From the NCBI GenBank assembly GCA_045589355.1, contig JAZNOW010000073.1, positions 680-64,679 on the forward strand: a DNA stretch of 64,000 bases, read 5' to 3'. Within the stretch, counting starts at the first letter, position 1; every line of letters begins with the position of its first letter. Both the position numbers and the translations under genes were made by a program. The notes under the pieces are model-generated. The model did not search any database. It was not told where the DNA came from and saw nothing but the letters and a program-made list of their open reading frames with translations. Of the stretch, positions 1-8,445 are shown piece after piece. This stretch comes from Clostridia bacterium (GTDB lineage Bacteria; Bacillota; Clostridia; Christensenellales; Aristaeellaceae).

Positions 1-20
1 GCAAAAAAACAGTCCTTTCG

Positions 21-49
21 TTGACAAAGCGGTGTTTCCTTGTTATTCT
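21..49 (+). promoter_or_regulatory. candidate sigma-70 promoter for asnA
   Basis: TTGACA (21-26), 17-nt spacer, TATTCT (44-49); RBS AAAGGAGG at 66-73 lies ahead of ATG 82. Confidence 0.4.
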
Positions 50-81
50 GTTTGTATGCTTTTTCAAAGGAGGCATGTGCC

Positions 82-1089
82 ATGAGCCGCACCGTCGTTC
101 CCGCAGGGTATCAGTCCACCCTGTCTCTGTATGAAACCCAGGAAGCCATTGCCCTGATCAAGAAAATTTTTCAGGGGAATCTTTCCCACGCGCTGCATTT
201 GAAGCGTGTGACCGCCCCTTTGTTTGTGGATGGCGCATCCGGCCTCAATGACAACCTGAGCGGTGTGGAAAGGCCTGTTTCTTTTGACATGCTGGAAACC
301 GGGGAAGAGGCCCAGGTGGTGCATTCTCTGGCCAAATGGAAGCGGCTGGCCCTGGCCCGGTATGGCTTTGCGGTGGGGGAAGGCATTTATACCGATATGA
401 ACGCCATCCGCCGGGATGAAACGCTGGATAACCTGCATTCCGTGTATGTGGACCAGTGGGACTGGGAAAAGGTGATCGCACCGGAAGACCGCACCCTGGA
501 TACCCTGAAGGATGCCATGCAGCGCATTGTCACCGCCATCTGTGTCACGCTGGATCTGCTCAAATGGCAGTATCCCCAGGTGAAGACGGAATTGAAGCGG
601 GAGATCACTTTTGTCACCTCCCAGGAGCTGGAAGACCTCTATCCCGACAAGACCGGCAAAGAACGGGAAAACCTGTTTGTGAAGGAACACAAAACCGTGG
701 GTATTCTGCAGATTGGCGGCAAGCTGAAATCCGGCAAGCCCCACGACGGCCGCGCCCCGGACTATGACGACTGGGAAATGAACGGCGATATTATGTTCTG
801 GGATGACGTGCTGCAGTGCGCCATGGAAATTTCCTCCATGGGTGTGCGCGTGTCCCCCGAATCTCTGGACCGTCAGCTGACCCTGTCCGGCCATGATGAG
901 CGCCGGGAACTGCCTTTCCACAAGGCGCTGCTGAACGGCGAACTGCCTGCCTGCATCGGCGGCGGTATCGGCCAGAGCCGGGTGGGCATGCTGCTGCTGG
1001 GCAAGGCCCACATCGGTGAAGTACAGTCCTCCTACTGGGACAGGGACACCAAGGAAACCTGCGAAAAAGCCGGCATTGTATTGCTGTAA
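82..1089 (+). CDS. asnA: aspartate--ammonia ligase (asparagine synthetase A)
   Basis: ORF 40..1089 trimmed to ATG 82 behind the RBS. The whole length reads as AsnA family (SLYETQEAIALIKKIF, VDQWDWEKV, GGGIGQSRVGMLLL). Confidence 0.9.
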   Translation: MSRTVVPAGYQSTLSLYETQEAIALIKKIFQGNLSHALHLKRVTAPLFVDGASGLNDNLSGVERPVSFDMLETGEEAQVVHSLAKWKRLALARYGFAVGEGIYTDMNAIRRDETLDNLHSVYVDQWDWEKVIAPEDRTLDTLKDAMQRIVTAICVTLDLLKWQYPQVKTELKREITFVTSQELEDLYPDKTGKERENLFVKEHKTVGILQIGGKLKSGKPHDGRAPDYDDWEMNGDIMFWDDVLQCAMEISSMGVRVSPESLDRQLTLSGHDERRELPFHKALLNGELPACIGGGIGQSRVGMLLLGKAHIGEVQSSYWDRDTKETCEKAGIVLL

Positions 1090-1096
1090 TATATCG

Positions 1097-1128
1097 AAAA
1101 AGCTGCTTCAAAAGGGCAGCTTTTTTTC
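1097..1128 (+). terminator. rho-independent terminator after asnA
   Basis: AAAAAGCTGC / GCAGCTTTTT stem followed by a T-run, directly after the asnA stop. Confidence 0.7.
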
Positions 1129-1220
1129 AAAATACAATGCTGCAACGAAAGGTTTACAGATAGTTGCTGGCGGCAACCGATCAACGGGGGTATACTGAAG
1201 GCAGAAAGGAGAGAAGCCAG

Positions 1221-1592
1221 ATGGATACATTTGTTTTTTCCGGCACCGGTTTTTTTGTACAGCTGCTGAATATTATTGTACTGGCTGCGTTGATTGGCGC
1301 ATTTGTTTTGCTGGTTTTGGCTCTTCTCAAATACCTCAGAAGGAAGGAAATAAACAGCCAGCGGATGTGCATACAAAAATCGCTGGGAGAAAATATCCGG
1401 GAAAAGCGTGTGCAGCTGAAAATGACCCAGGAATTTGTGGCAGAGCGCATCGGTGTCAGCAGGCAGGCGGTTTCCAAATGGGAAAGCGGAAAAAGCGACC
1501 CCAGCATGGCAAACCTGATGGCGCTGGCAGGGTTGTTCGAAATTGAGACGGAGGAACTGCTGAAAGGGAAAGCAATGGAAGCGGAGGGATGA
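1221..1592 (+). CDS. membrane-anchored XRE-family HTH transcriptional regulator
   Basis: N-terminal hydrophobic segment (LLNIIVLAALIGAFVLLVLALL), then HTH_3 motif LKMTQEFVAERIGVSRQAVSKWESGKSDP. Start set at ATG 1221 behind AAAGGAGAG. Confidence 0.75.
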   Translation: MDTFVFSGTGFFVQLLNIIVLAALIGAFVLLVLALLKYLRRKEINSQRMCIQKSLGENIREKRVQLKMTQEFVAERIGVSRQAVSKWESGKSDPSMANLMALAGLFEIETEELLKGKAMEAEG

Positions 1593-1720
1593 TGCGGCAG
1601 GAGACGGCATAGCACACTGCGGCGGGAGCCTTCTCGTTCCCTGTACCCCTGGTTTTTTCTTAAAAATGCGCATTGACTGACCAACTGCATTTTTGAGAGA
1701 TACCAAATTATGGATAATGA

Positions 1721-1754
1721 AAAACCGCTTGAGAAAAGGCGGTTTTTTCTTTTT
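1721..1754 (+). terminator. rho-independent terminator
   Basis: AAAACCGC ... GCGGTTTT stem followed by TTTCTTTTT. Confidence 0.6.
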
Positions 1755-1773
1755 GAAATATAGCAAAAAATGC

Positions 1774-1802
1774 TTAACAAAACAGGACAAATATGGTATA
1801 CT
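1774..1802 (+). promoter_or_regulatory. candidate sigma-70 promoter for murA
   Basis: TTAACA (1774-1779), 17-nt spacer ending in TGG, TATACT (1797-1802). Confidence 0.45.
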
Positions 1803-1854
1803 TAACGTGGTATACCATGATGAAGAAATATGCGAAAACAGGAGGCAACAGTGC

Positions 1855-3117
1855 ATGGATACTTATAAGCTGCTGATCACCGGCGGTATTCCTCTGGAAG
1901 GGGAAACCTATGTTTCCGGGGGCAAAAATACGGCGGTGGCAGTGATTCCTGCGGCTTTGCTGTCTGACGAAATATGCGTGCTGGAAAACTTGCCCGATAT
2001 CGAGGACGTGCGGGTGCTGGTGGATATTCTGGGGTCTTTGGGTGCCGTGGTGGAATACGACGGCAAGGCCCGCCGCATGACCATCGATCCCCGTCCCGTG
2101 AACAGCTATCAGGTGCCCTACCGGCAAAGCCAGCGCATGCGCGCCAGCTATTATCTGCTGGGTGCGCTGCTGGGCCGCTGCGGCCAGGCGGAGGTGGGTT
2201 ATCCCGGTGGCTGTGCCATCGGCAACCGTCCCTTTGACCGGCATATCAAAGCCTTCCGTACCCTGGGCGCCGAAGTGGAAGAAAAAGGTGCCGTGATCTA
2301 TGCCAAGGGCCGGATGATGGGCGCCGGTGTCTTTTTTGACGCCATCACCGTGGGCGGTACCATCAATGCCATGCTGGCTGCGGCCAAGGCAGAGGGCAAC
2401 ACCACCATCTATAATGCGGCCAAGGAGCCCCATATTGTGGACCTGGCCAACTTCCTCAACTCCATGGGCGCTTCCGTCAAGGGCGCCGGCACCGATACCA
2501 TCCGCATCAAGGGCGTGAAGCACCTGCACGGCAGCGTGTATTCCGTCATCCCCGACCAGATCGAAACGGGCACCCTGATGATCGCCGCTGCCGCCACAAG
2601 GGGCGACGTGGTGATCCGCGGCTGCATTCCCACTCACATGGAAGCGCTGACGGCCAAGCTGCTGGAAATGGGTGTGCAGGTGAGCGAAATGGACGATGCC
2701 ATCCGGGTGCGCACGGTGCGGCCCCATCGCGCCGTGAACATCAAAACCCAGGAATACCCCGGTTTCCCCACCGACCTGCAGCAGCCCATGAGCGCCATGC
2801 TCACCCGGGCTAACGGCGACAGCGTGGTGATCGAAACCATTTTCGAAAACCGGCTGAAGCACCTGATCGAAATGCAGCGCATGGGCGCCAAGGTGCGCAT
2901 TCTGGACCAGACCGCCATCATCGAAGGCGTGCCGGAACTGTACGGCGCGCCTGTCACCGCTACCGACCTGCGTGCCGGTGCTGCGCTGGTGGTGGCCGGG
3001 TTGATGGCCAAGGGCGTAACGGAAATTTACGAGCCCGCCTTCATTGCCCGTGGCTATGAGCACATTGAAGACAAGCTGCAGGCGCTGGGCGCCAAGATCC
3101 ACCGGGAAGACCTGTAA
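1855..3117 (+). CDS. murA: UDP-N-acetylglucosamine 1-carboxyvinyltransferase
   Basis: ORF 1693..3117 trimmed to ATG 1855 (MDTYKLLITGG). Active-site loop GGCAIGNRPFDRH; EPSP-synthase-like fold along the full length. Confidence 0.92.
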   Translation: MDTYKLLITGGIPLEGETYVSGGKNTAVAVIPAALLSDEICVLENLPDIEDVRVLVDILGSLGAVVEYDGKARRMTIDPRPVNSYQVPYRQSQRMRASYYLLGALLGRCGQAEVGYPGGCAIGNRPFDRHIKAFRTLGAEVEEKGAVIYAKGRMMGAGVFFDAITVGGTINAMLAAAKAEGNTTIYNAAKEPHIVDLANFLNSMGASVKGAGTDTIRIKGVKHLHGSVYSVIPDQIETGTLMIAAAATRGDVVIRGCIPTHMEALTAKLLEMGVQVSEMDDAIRVRTVRPHRAVNIKTQEYPGFPTDLQQPMSAMLTRANGDSVVIETIFENRLKHLIEMQRMGAKVRILDQTAIIEGVPELYGAPVTATDLRAGAALVVAGLMAKGVTEIYEPAFIARGYEHIEDKLQALGAKIHREDL

Positions 3118-3149
3118 ACAAACAACGAGCCTGAAGGAGGCACGCTGTC

Positions 3150-3689
3150 GTGAATGCGTATGAAGTTCTGGGCCTGAAAGAAGGGGCGGATAAGCAGGAG
3201 GTGCACCGGGCATACCGGGCACTGGTGAAAACCTGCCACCCCGACCTGTTTGAGGATCCCGAACAGCGGAAGGTGGCCCAGCAGAAGCTGCTGGAGCTGA
3301 ACCAGGCCTATGAGATCGTCTACAAAAAGGCGGGGGAGGTGCCGGGTGCGCCCAGCTACCGCACCGTGCCTTTGGACCAGGCGCTGGATATTGCCGACAG
3401 GCTGCAGCAGCAGGGACGGTATGAAACGGCGCTTTTGCAGCTGGGCCGTGCGGAATTCAAGGACGACCGGTGGTTCTTTGTGGAAGGGAAAATCATGCTG
3501 GGCATGAAGCAGTACGGCACCGCCCATCAGGCCTTTCGGGAGGCGATCCGCCTGAACCCCGATAACCGGCAGTACCGGGAATATGCCCTGGAAGCGGCGC
3601 TGCTGATCAAAAAACACCAGAAGCTGCCCTACCGTGTGGCGGACTGGGCGGAAAGAACCTTCCGCTTCGGCAAGAAAAATCAGCTCTGA
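3150..3689 (+). CDS. J-domain (DnaJ-like) protein with TPR-like C-terminus
   Basis: GTG start. NAYEVLGL...AYRALVKTCHPDLF contains the HPD motif; the C-terminal half is helical-repeat-like. Confidence 0.75.
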   Translation: MNAYEVLGLKEGADKQEVHRAYRALVKTCHPDLFEDPEQRKVAQQKLLELNQAYEIVYKKAGEVPGAPSYRTVPLDQALDIADRLQQQGRYETALLQLGRAEFKDDRWFFVEGKIMLGMKQYGTAHQAFREAIRLNPDNRQYREYALEAALLIKKHQKLPYRVADWAERTFRFGKKNQL

Positions 3690-3702
3690 AAAGGAGAACA
3701 AC

Positions 3703-4215
3703 ATGAACCTGCCCAATAAACTGACCATTCTGCGTATCTGCATGATTCCTTTGTGCCTGCTGGCCTGGGCGCTGGGGGTGCACTGGCTGGCGGCGGCTAT
3801 TTTTGCACTGGCTGCCTTCACCGATTTTCTGGATGGTTATCTTGCAAGGAAAAACAACATCGTCACCACCTTCGGTAAGTTTGCCGATCCTGTGGCGGAC
3901 AAAATTCTGGTATTGACGGCTATGATCTTTCTCTGTGCCGACGGCCTTTTGCCCCACTGGGCGGTGGCCATTGTGGCGGCCAGGGAACTGATGGTGGACG
4001 GCCTGCGCATGGTGGCCTCCCAGAAAGGCGTGGTGATCGCCGCCGGCTGGCCGGGGAAGATAAAAACCAACCTGCAGATCTTCTGCATCCTGTGCGCCAT
4101 GATCATCGGCAAGCACATCGTAACGGATATTTTCATGTATGCCATGGCTCTGATGACCCTCATCAGCGGCGTGGAATATTTCAAAAACAGCTGGAAGCTG
4201 CTGAAAGATAATTAA
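3703..4215 (+). CDS. pgsA: CDP-diacylglycerol--glycerol-3-phosphate 3-phosphatidyltransferase
   Basis: ORF 3634..4215 trimmed to ATG 3703 behind AAAGGAG. CDP-alcohol phosphatidyltransferase motif DFLDGYLAR...GKFADPVADK. Confidence 0.88.
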   Translation: MNLPNKLTILRICMIPLCLLAWALGVHWLAAAIFALAAFTDFLDGYLARKNNIVTTFGKFADPVADKILVLTAMIFLCADGLLPHWAVAIVAARELMVDGLRMVASQKGVVIAAGWPGKIKTNLQIFCILCAMIIGKHIVTDIFMYAMALMTLISGVEYFKNSWKLLKDN

Positions 4216-4244
4216 TACGACACAGATAAAGGGAGGAAAAAAAG

Positions 4245-5342
4245 ATGGCCAAGAAAGCAAGCGAAAAAAAAGATATGAAAAACCTGGACGCCACCCTGCA
4301 GGAAAAGCAGCGGGCGCTGGAAATGACCCTCTCTTCCATCGAAAAGGAATTCGGTAAGGGTACCGTGATGAAGCTGGGCGAAAAGACCGCCATGCAGGTG
4401 GATACCGTGCCCACCGGCTGCCTGGACCTGGATATGGCGCTGGGCGTGGGGGGCATTCCCCGGGGGCGCATTATTGAAGTGTTCGGCCCGGAATCTTCCG
4501 GTAAAACCACGGTGGCCCTGCATGTGGTGGCTTCCGTGCAGAAAATGGGCGGCGCCGCTGCCTTTATTGACGCCGAACATGCGCTGGATCCTGCCTATGC
4601 CAAGAACCTGGGTGTGAACATTGACGAACTGTATGTGAGCCAGCCCAACTGCGGCGAAGACGCCCTGGAAATTGCAGAAGCGCTGCTGCGCTCCGGCGCC
4701 ATTGACATTGTGGTCATCGACTCTGTGGCCGCACTGGTGCCCCGTGCCGAAATCGACGGCGAAATGGGCGACAGCTTTGTGGGTGTGCAGGCCCGTCTGA
4801 TGAGCCAGGCCATGCGTAAACTGACCGGCGTGGTGGCCAAGACCAACGCCATCGCCCTGTTCATCAACCAGATCCGTGAAAAAGTGGGCGTGATGTACGG
4901 CAACCCCGAAACCACCCCCGGCGGCCGTGCCCTGAAGTTCTACGCTTCCGTGCGTCTGGACGTGCGCCGCGGCGAACAGCTGAAAAACGGCAGCGAAGTG
5001 GTGGGCAACCGCACCAAGGTGAAGGTGGTCAAGAACAAGGTGGCCCCGCCCTTCCGTTCCTGCGAATTTGACCTGATCTACGGCCAGGGCATTTCCAGGG
5101 AAGGCAGCCTGCTGGACCTGGCGGTGGAAAAGGATATCGTTCAGAAGAGCGGCGCCTGGTTCTCCTACAACGACCAGCGCATCGGCCAGGGCCGGGATAA
5201 CACCCGCCAGTTCCTGAAGGATCATCCCGAAATTGCGGACGAAATCGAAGCCGCCCTGCGGACGGTGATGAACCCCTCCGCCGTGCCCGCCGTGGATGCC
5301 GATAACATTCCCGAAATGAACCTGGACGCCGATGACGAATGA
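4245..5342 (+). CDS. recA: recombinase RecA
   Basis: [10 protein letters not shown]..., Walker [40 protein letters not shown]. Confidence 0.97.
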   Translation: MAKKASEKKDMKNLDATLQEKQRALEMTLSSIEKEFGKGTVMKLGEKTAMQVDTVPTGCLDLDMALGVGGIPRGRIIEVFGPESSGKTTVALHVVASVQKMGGAAAFIDAEHALDPAYAKNLGVNIDELYVSQPNCGEDALEIAEALLRSGAIDIVVIDSVAALVPRAEIDGEMGDSFVGVQARLMSQAMRKLTGVVAKTNAIALFINQIREKVGVMYGNPETTPGGRALKFYASVRLDVRRGEQLKNGSEVVGNRTKVKVVKNKVAPPFRSCEFDLIYGQGISREGSLLDLAVEKDIVQKSGAWFSYNDQRIGQGRDNTRQFLKDHPEIADEIEAALRTVMNPSAVPAVDADNIPEMNLDADDE

Positions 5343-6109
5343 TGAAGCATGAGCATGATCACGGCCAGGGCGGCTGTGCCCTGTGCCGGATTGAACTGAA
5401 AAACGTGGGGGTGACGGCAGGGGGCGACACGCTCCTTTCCGGCATCAATTTCCACATCCACTGCGGCCAGCTGACGGCGCTGGTGGGCCCCAACGGCGCC
5501 GGCAAAACCACCCTGCTCCGTGCGCTTTTGCAGCAGGTGCCCCACGAAGGGCAGATCCGCCATGTGGATGCCCACGGGCACGATTTTGCGGCTCCCCGCA
5601 TCGGCTATGTGCCCCAGCAGCTGTCCTTTGACAGGGAAATGCCCCTGACGGTGGAAGATCTGATGGCGGCGGCCATTTCCAAAAAGCCGGTGTGGCTGGG
5701 CATTGGCAAAAAAACAAAGGAAACGGTGCACAGGGCGCTGAAAGAAACCAACGCCGAAAGCCTTGCCAACAAGCGGCTGGGCACATTGTCCGGCGGCGAA
5801 ATGCAGCGGGTGCTGCTGGCCATGGCGCTGATGCCCCTGCCGGATTTGCTGGTGCTGGATGAACCGGTGTCCGGTATGGACCAGAACGGCCTTTCCCTCT
5901 TTTTGCAGACGGTGGACCATCTGCGCAACACCCACCACATGGCCATCCTGATGGTGAGCCACGATTGGCAGCTGGTGCAGCAGTACGCCGATTATGTGGT
6001 GCTGGTGAACCGGGAAGTGCTGTGTGCAGGAACGCCGAAAGAAGTGTTCATGTCCCAGGCGTTCAAAGATACGTTTCAGATATTGCCTGTTATGGAGGAA
6101 GAGAAATGA
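5339..6109 (+). CDS. metal (Zn/Mn-type) ABC transporter ATP-binding protein
   Basis: Walker [12 protein letters not shown], signature LSGGEMQRV, Walker B LVLDEP. His-rich N-terminus [13 protein letters not shown] overlap with the recA stop. Confidence 0.85.
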   Translation: MMKHEHDHGQGGCALCRIELKNVGVTAGGDTLLSGINFHIHCGQLTALVGPNGAGKTTLLRALLQQVPHEGQIRHVDAHGHDFAAPRIGYVPQQLSFDREMPLTVEDLMAAAISKKPVWLGIGKKTKETVHRALKETNAESLANKRLGTLSGGEMQRVLLAMALMPLPDLLVLDEPVSGMDQNGLSLFLQTVDHLRNTHHMAILMVSHDWQLVQQYADYVVLVNREVLCAGTPKEVFMSQAFKDTFQILPVMEEEK

Positions 6110-6564
6110 GTGAAAGAATGTGCGCGGCTGACCGGGCGGAAAGCCTGTTTAGGGCCGGGTATAACTGCGGCCAGGCGCTGGTGGGCGCCTTTGCGGAAGA
6201 AATGAAGATGCCCATGGAAGACGCCATGCGCATTTCTGCCGGCCTTGGCGGCGGCTTGTGCCGCATGCGGGAAGCTTGCGGTGCGGTGAGCGGCGCCATT
6301 GTGGTGCTGGGCTACATTCTGGGCAATGATGACCCGGAGGATTATGCCAACAAGGGCTATGTGTACGCCCTGGGCCAGCAGATGTGCTTCCGCTTCCAGG
6401 ATCAGTTCAAAACGCTGAACTGCGGCAAACTGCTGGGCCTGCCGGAGGGCTCCGTGGGCAGCATGCCCACCCCCCGTACCCCGGATTTTTATGAAACGCG
6501 GCCCTGCCTGAAATACATCCGGGCCATGGCGGAAATTCTGGAAGATACGTTGAAAAATAACTGA
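6106..6564 (+). CDS. C_GCAxxG_C_C family protein
   Basis: ORF 5965..6564 trimmed to ATG 6106 (ATGA overlap with the upstream stop). Motifs YNCGQALV and CGAVSGAIVVLG are typical of the C_GCAxxG_C_C family. Confidence 0.75.
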   Translation: MSERMCAADRAESLFRAGYNCGQALVGAFAEEMKMPMEDAMRISAGLGGGLCRMREACGAVSGAIVVLGYILGNDDPEDYANKGYVYALGQQMCFRFQDQFKTLNCGKLLGLPEGSVGSMPTPRTPDFYETRPCLKYIRAMAEILEDTLKNN

Positions 6565-6582
6565 CGGAGGAAAGAAACACAA

Positions 6583-7422
6583 GTGGATGCATTGTACCGT
6601 GTGATGGACGCCGTGCTGCCGTTTGAGTGCTTTGGCATGTCCTTCATGAAAAATGCATTGCTGGCAATGCTGCTGCTCACCCCCCTGCTGGCCCTTTTTG
6701 GTACCATGGCGGTGAACCGGCGCATGGCCTTCTTTTCCGACGCGCTGGGCCACAGCGCCCTGGCTGGCGTGGGCATCGGGATGCTGCTGGGGGTGCAGAA
6801 CGAACTGATCAGCATGATCGTGTTCGGCATCATCTGGGCTGTGCTGATCAGCCGCATCAACCGCACCGGCGGCGAATCCGCCGATACCATCATCAGCGTG
6901 TTTTCTTCCACCGGCATTGCGGTGGGGCTGCTGATTTTGTCCCACAACGGCAGCTTTTCCCGGTATTCTTCCCTGCTTGCCGGGGACGTGCTGGCCATTG
7001 CGCCGGGGGACCTGGTGTGGCTGGCGGCAGCTTTGCCGGTGGGTGTGCTTTTGTGGGCGCTTTTGTACAACAAGCTGCTGATGACCGCCGTGAACCCGGC
7101 CCTGGCTCAAAGCCGGGGCGTGGGCACCAAATGGGTGGAATACGCCTTTGTTTCGCTGGTGGCGGTGGCGGTGATGCTGTCCATCCGGTGGGTGGGCGTG
7201 CTTCTGATCAACGCGCTTTTGATTTTGCCGGCAGCGGCCGCCCGGAACATTGCCCGCACTTCCCGCCAACATGCGCTGCTCAGCGTGCTGCTGGGGCTTT
7301 TTTGCGGCGTGGGCGGGCTGGTGGCAGCCTATTACCTGGATACCGGCGTGGGTGCGGCGGTGGTGCTGTGCGCTGCTGTTTGCTATGCCGTTACGCTGCC
7401 CATGAAGAAGCTGGTGCGTTAA
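6583..7422 (+). CDS. metal ABC transporter permease (ABC-3 / ZnuB-like)
   Basis: Polytopic membrane protein. FFSDALGHSALAGVGIG is typical of ABC-3 permeases. GTG start at 6583; ATG 6604 is an alternative. Confidence 0.82.
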   Translation: MDALYRVMDAVLPFECFGMSFMKNALLAMLLLTPLLALFGTMAVNRRMAFFSDALGHSALAGVGIGMLLGVQNELISMIVFGIIWAVLISRINRTGGESADTIISVFSSTGIAVGLLILSHNGSFSRYSSLLAGDVLAIAPGDLVWLAAALPVGVLLWALLYNKLLMTAVNPALAQSRGVGTKWVEYAFVSLVAVAVMLSIRWVGVLLINALLILPAAAARNIARTSRQHALLSVLLGLFCGVGGLVAAYYLDTGVGAAVVLCAAVCYAVTLPMKKLVR

Positions 7423-7488
7423 TTTTGTGCAGAACGGAAGGGTTCTGCATTTTCATTATGGCCAAATGTGTATGAGGAGGATACAGGC

Positions 7489-8361
7489 ATGATCGAAGAT
7501 TTTGACGGCTTGAGAGAGGTTGTCCACTTTGAAAAGGATCTGCTGCTGCGCATTTACCGCAATTGTGAAGCGGAGGATTATCCCCGTCATTGGCATACGG
7601 ATTTTGAATTGATCATGCCCCTGAAAAACGGGTACACGGTGCTGATTGACAACCGGGAATTTGCCCTGGCGGAAGGGGATCTTCTGCTCATTCCGCCGGG
7701 AGTGATTCATTCCCTGAAAGCGCCGGACAGCGGCGAAAGGCTGATCGTGCAGGTGAGCTGCGCCCTGGCCAACCAGATGCACGGCTTTTATGACGATCTG
7801 CGGCATTTTTACCCCTGCCTGCATGTACGGAAGGTAACGTCCATGCTGGAGGATGTGTGCGGCCAGCTGCAGCAGACTGTGCTGGAAATGTATGACGAAT
7901 ACATGATGCGCGGGCCTCTGTTTAATTATTATATTGCCGCCCGCTGCACCCAGATGTTCATTTTGCTGGCCCGCAACCGCAAGGCGTTCATCACCCACGA
8001 AAGCGACCGCCGTTATGCCAAATCGGTGGATGGCTTTTTGCGGGTGTGCGACTATATCCACAACCATTGCCACGAAAAGCTGGATGTGGAAATGCTTTCC
8101 GCCGTGGCCGGCTATTCCAAATCCCATTTCGTGCGTATGTTCAAGGAATTTGCCGATGTTTCCTGTGTGGACTACATCCAGCAGCAGCGCGTGGCCCTGG
8201 CCAAGCAATTGCTGATGGACCCGGAAAACAGCATCATGGATATCGTGACCCGCTCCGGTTTCGGCTCCGTGGCTTCCTTCAACCGGGTGTTCAAGCAGCT
8301 GACGGGCACCACCCCCACCCAGTACCGCAAAACCCTGCGGCAGAATAACCGTAATATCTGA
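7489..8361 (+). CDS. AraC-family transcriptional regulator (cupin + HTH_18)
   Basis: ORF 7468..8361 trimmed to ATG 7489 behind GAGGAGG. Cupin-like N-terminus; C-terminal AraC HTH (SKSHFVRMFKEF..., GFGSVASFNRVFKQLTGTTPTQYR). Confidence 0.85.
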   Translation: MIEDFDGLREVVHFEKDLLLRIYRNCEAEDYPRHWHTDFELIMPLKNGYTVLIDNREFALAEGDLLLIPPGVIHSLKAPDSGERLIVQVSCALANQMHGFYDDLRHFYPCLHVRKVTSMLEDVCGQLQQTVLEMYDEYMMRGPLFNYYIAARCTQMFILLARNRKAFITHESDRRYAKSVDGFLRVCDYIHNHCHEKLDVEMLSAVAGYSKSHFVRMFKEFADVSCVDYIQQQRVALAKQLLMDPENSIMDIVTRSGFGSVASFNRVFKQLTGTTPTQYRKTLRQNNRNI

Positions 8362-8445
8362 TAGGATTTAGGCGGGAATCGGTTGGCAATGAAAGTGGCC
8401 TATCTGCTATAATTCTAGTATCACACAAAAGGATTATGAAGGAGT

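Noticed and set aside
40-81. N-terminal extension of asnA (MLFCLYAFSKEACA) from the track ORF
   Set aside because: The RBS AAAGGAGG sits inside this extension, 8 nt before ATG 82, and AsnA homologs start at MSRT-like sequences. Similar 5' trimming was applied to murA, pgsA, glmM, hisS, rpsF and others.
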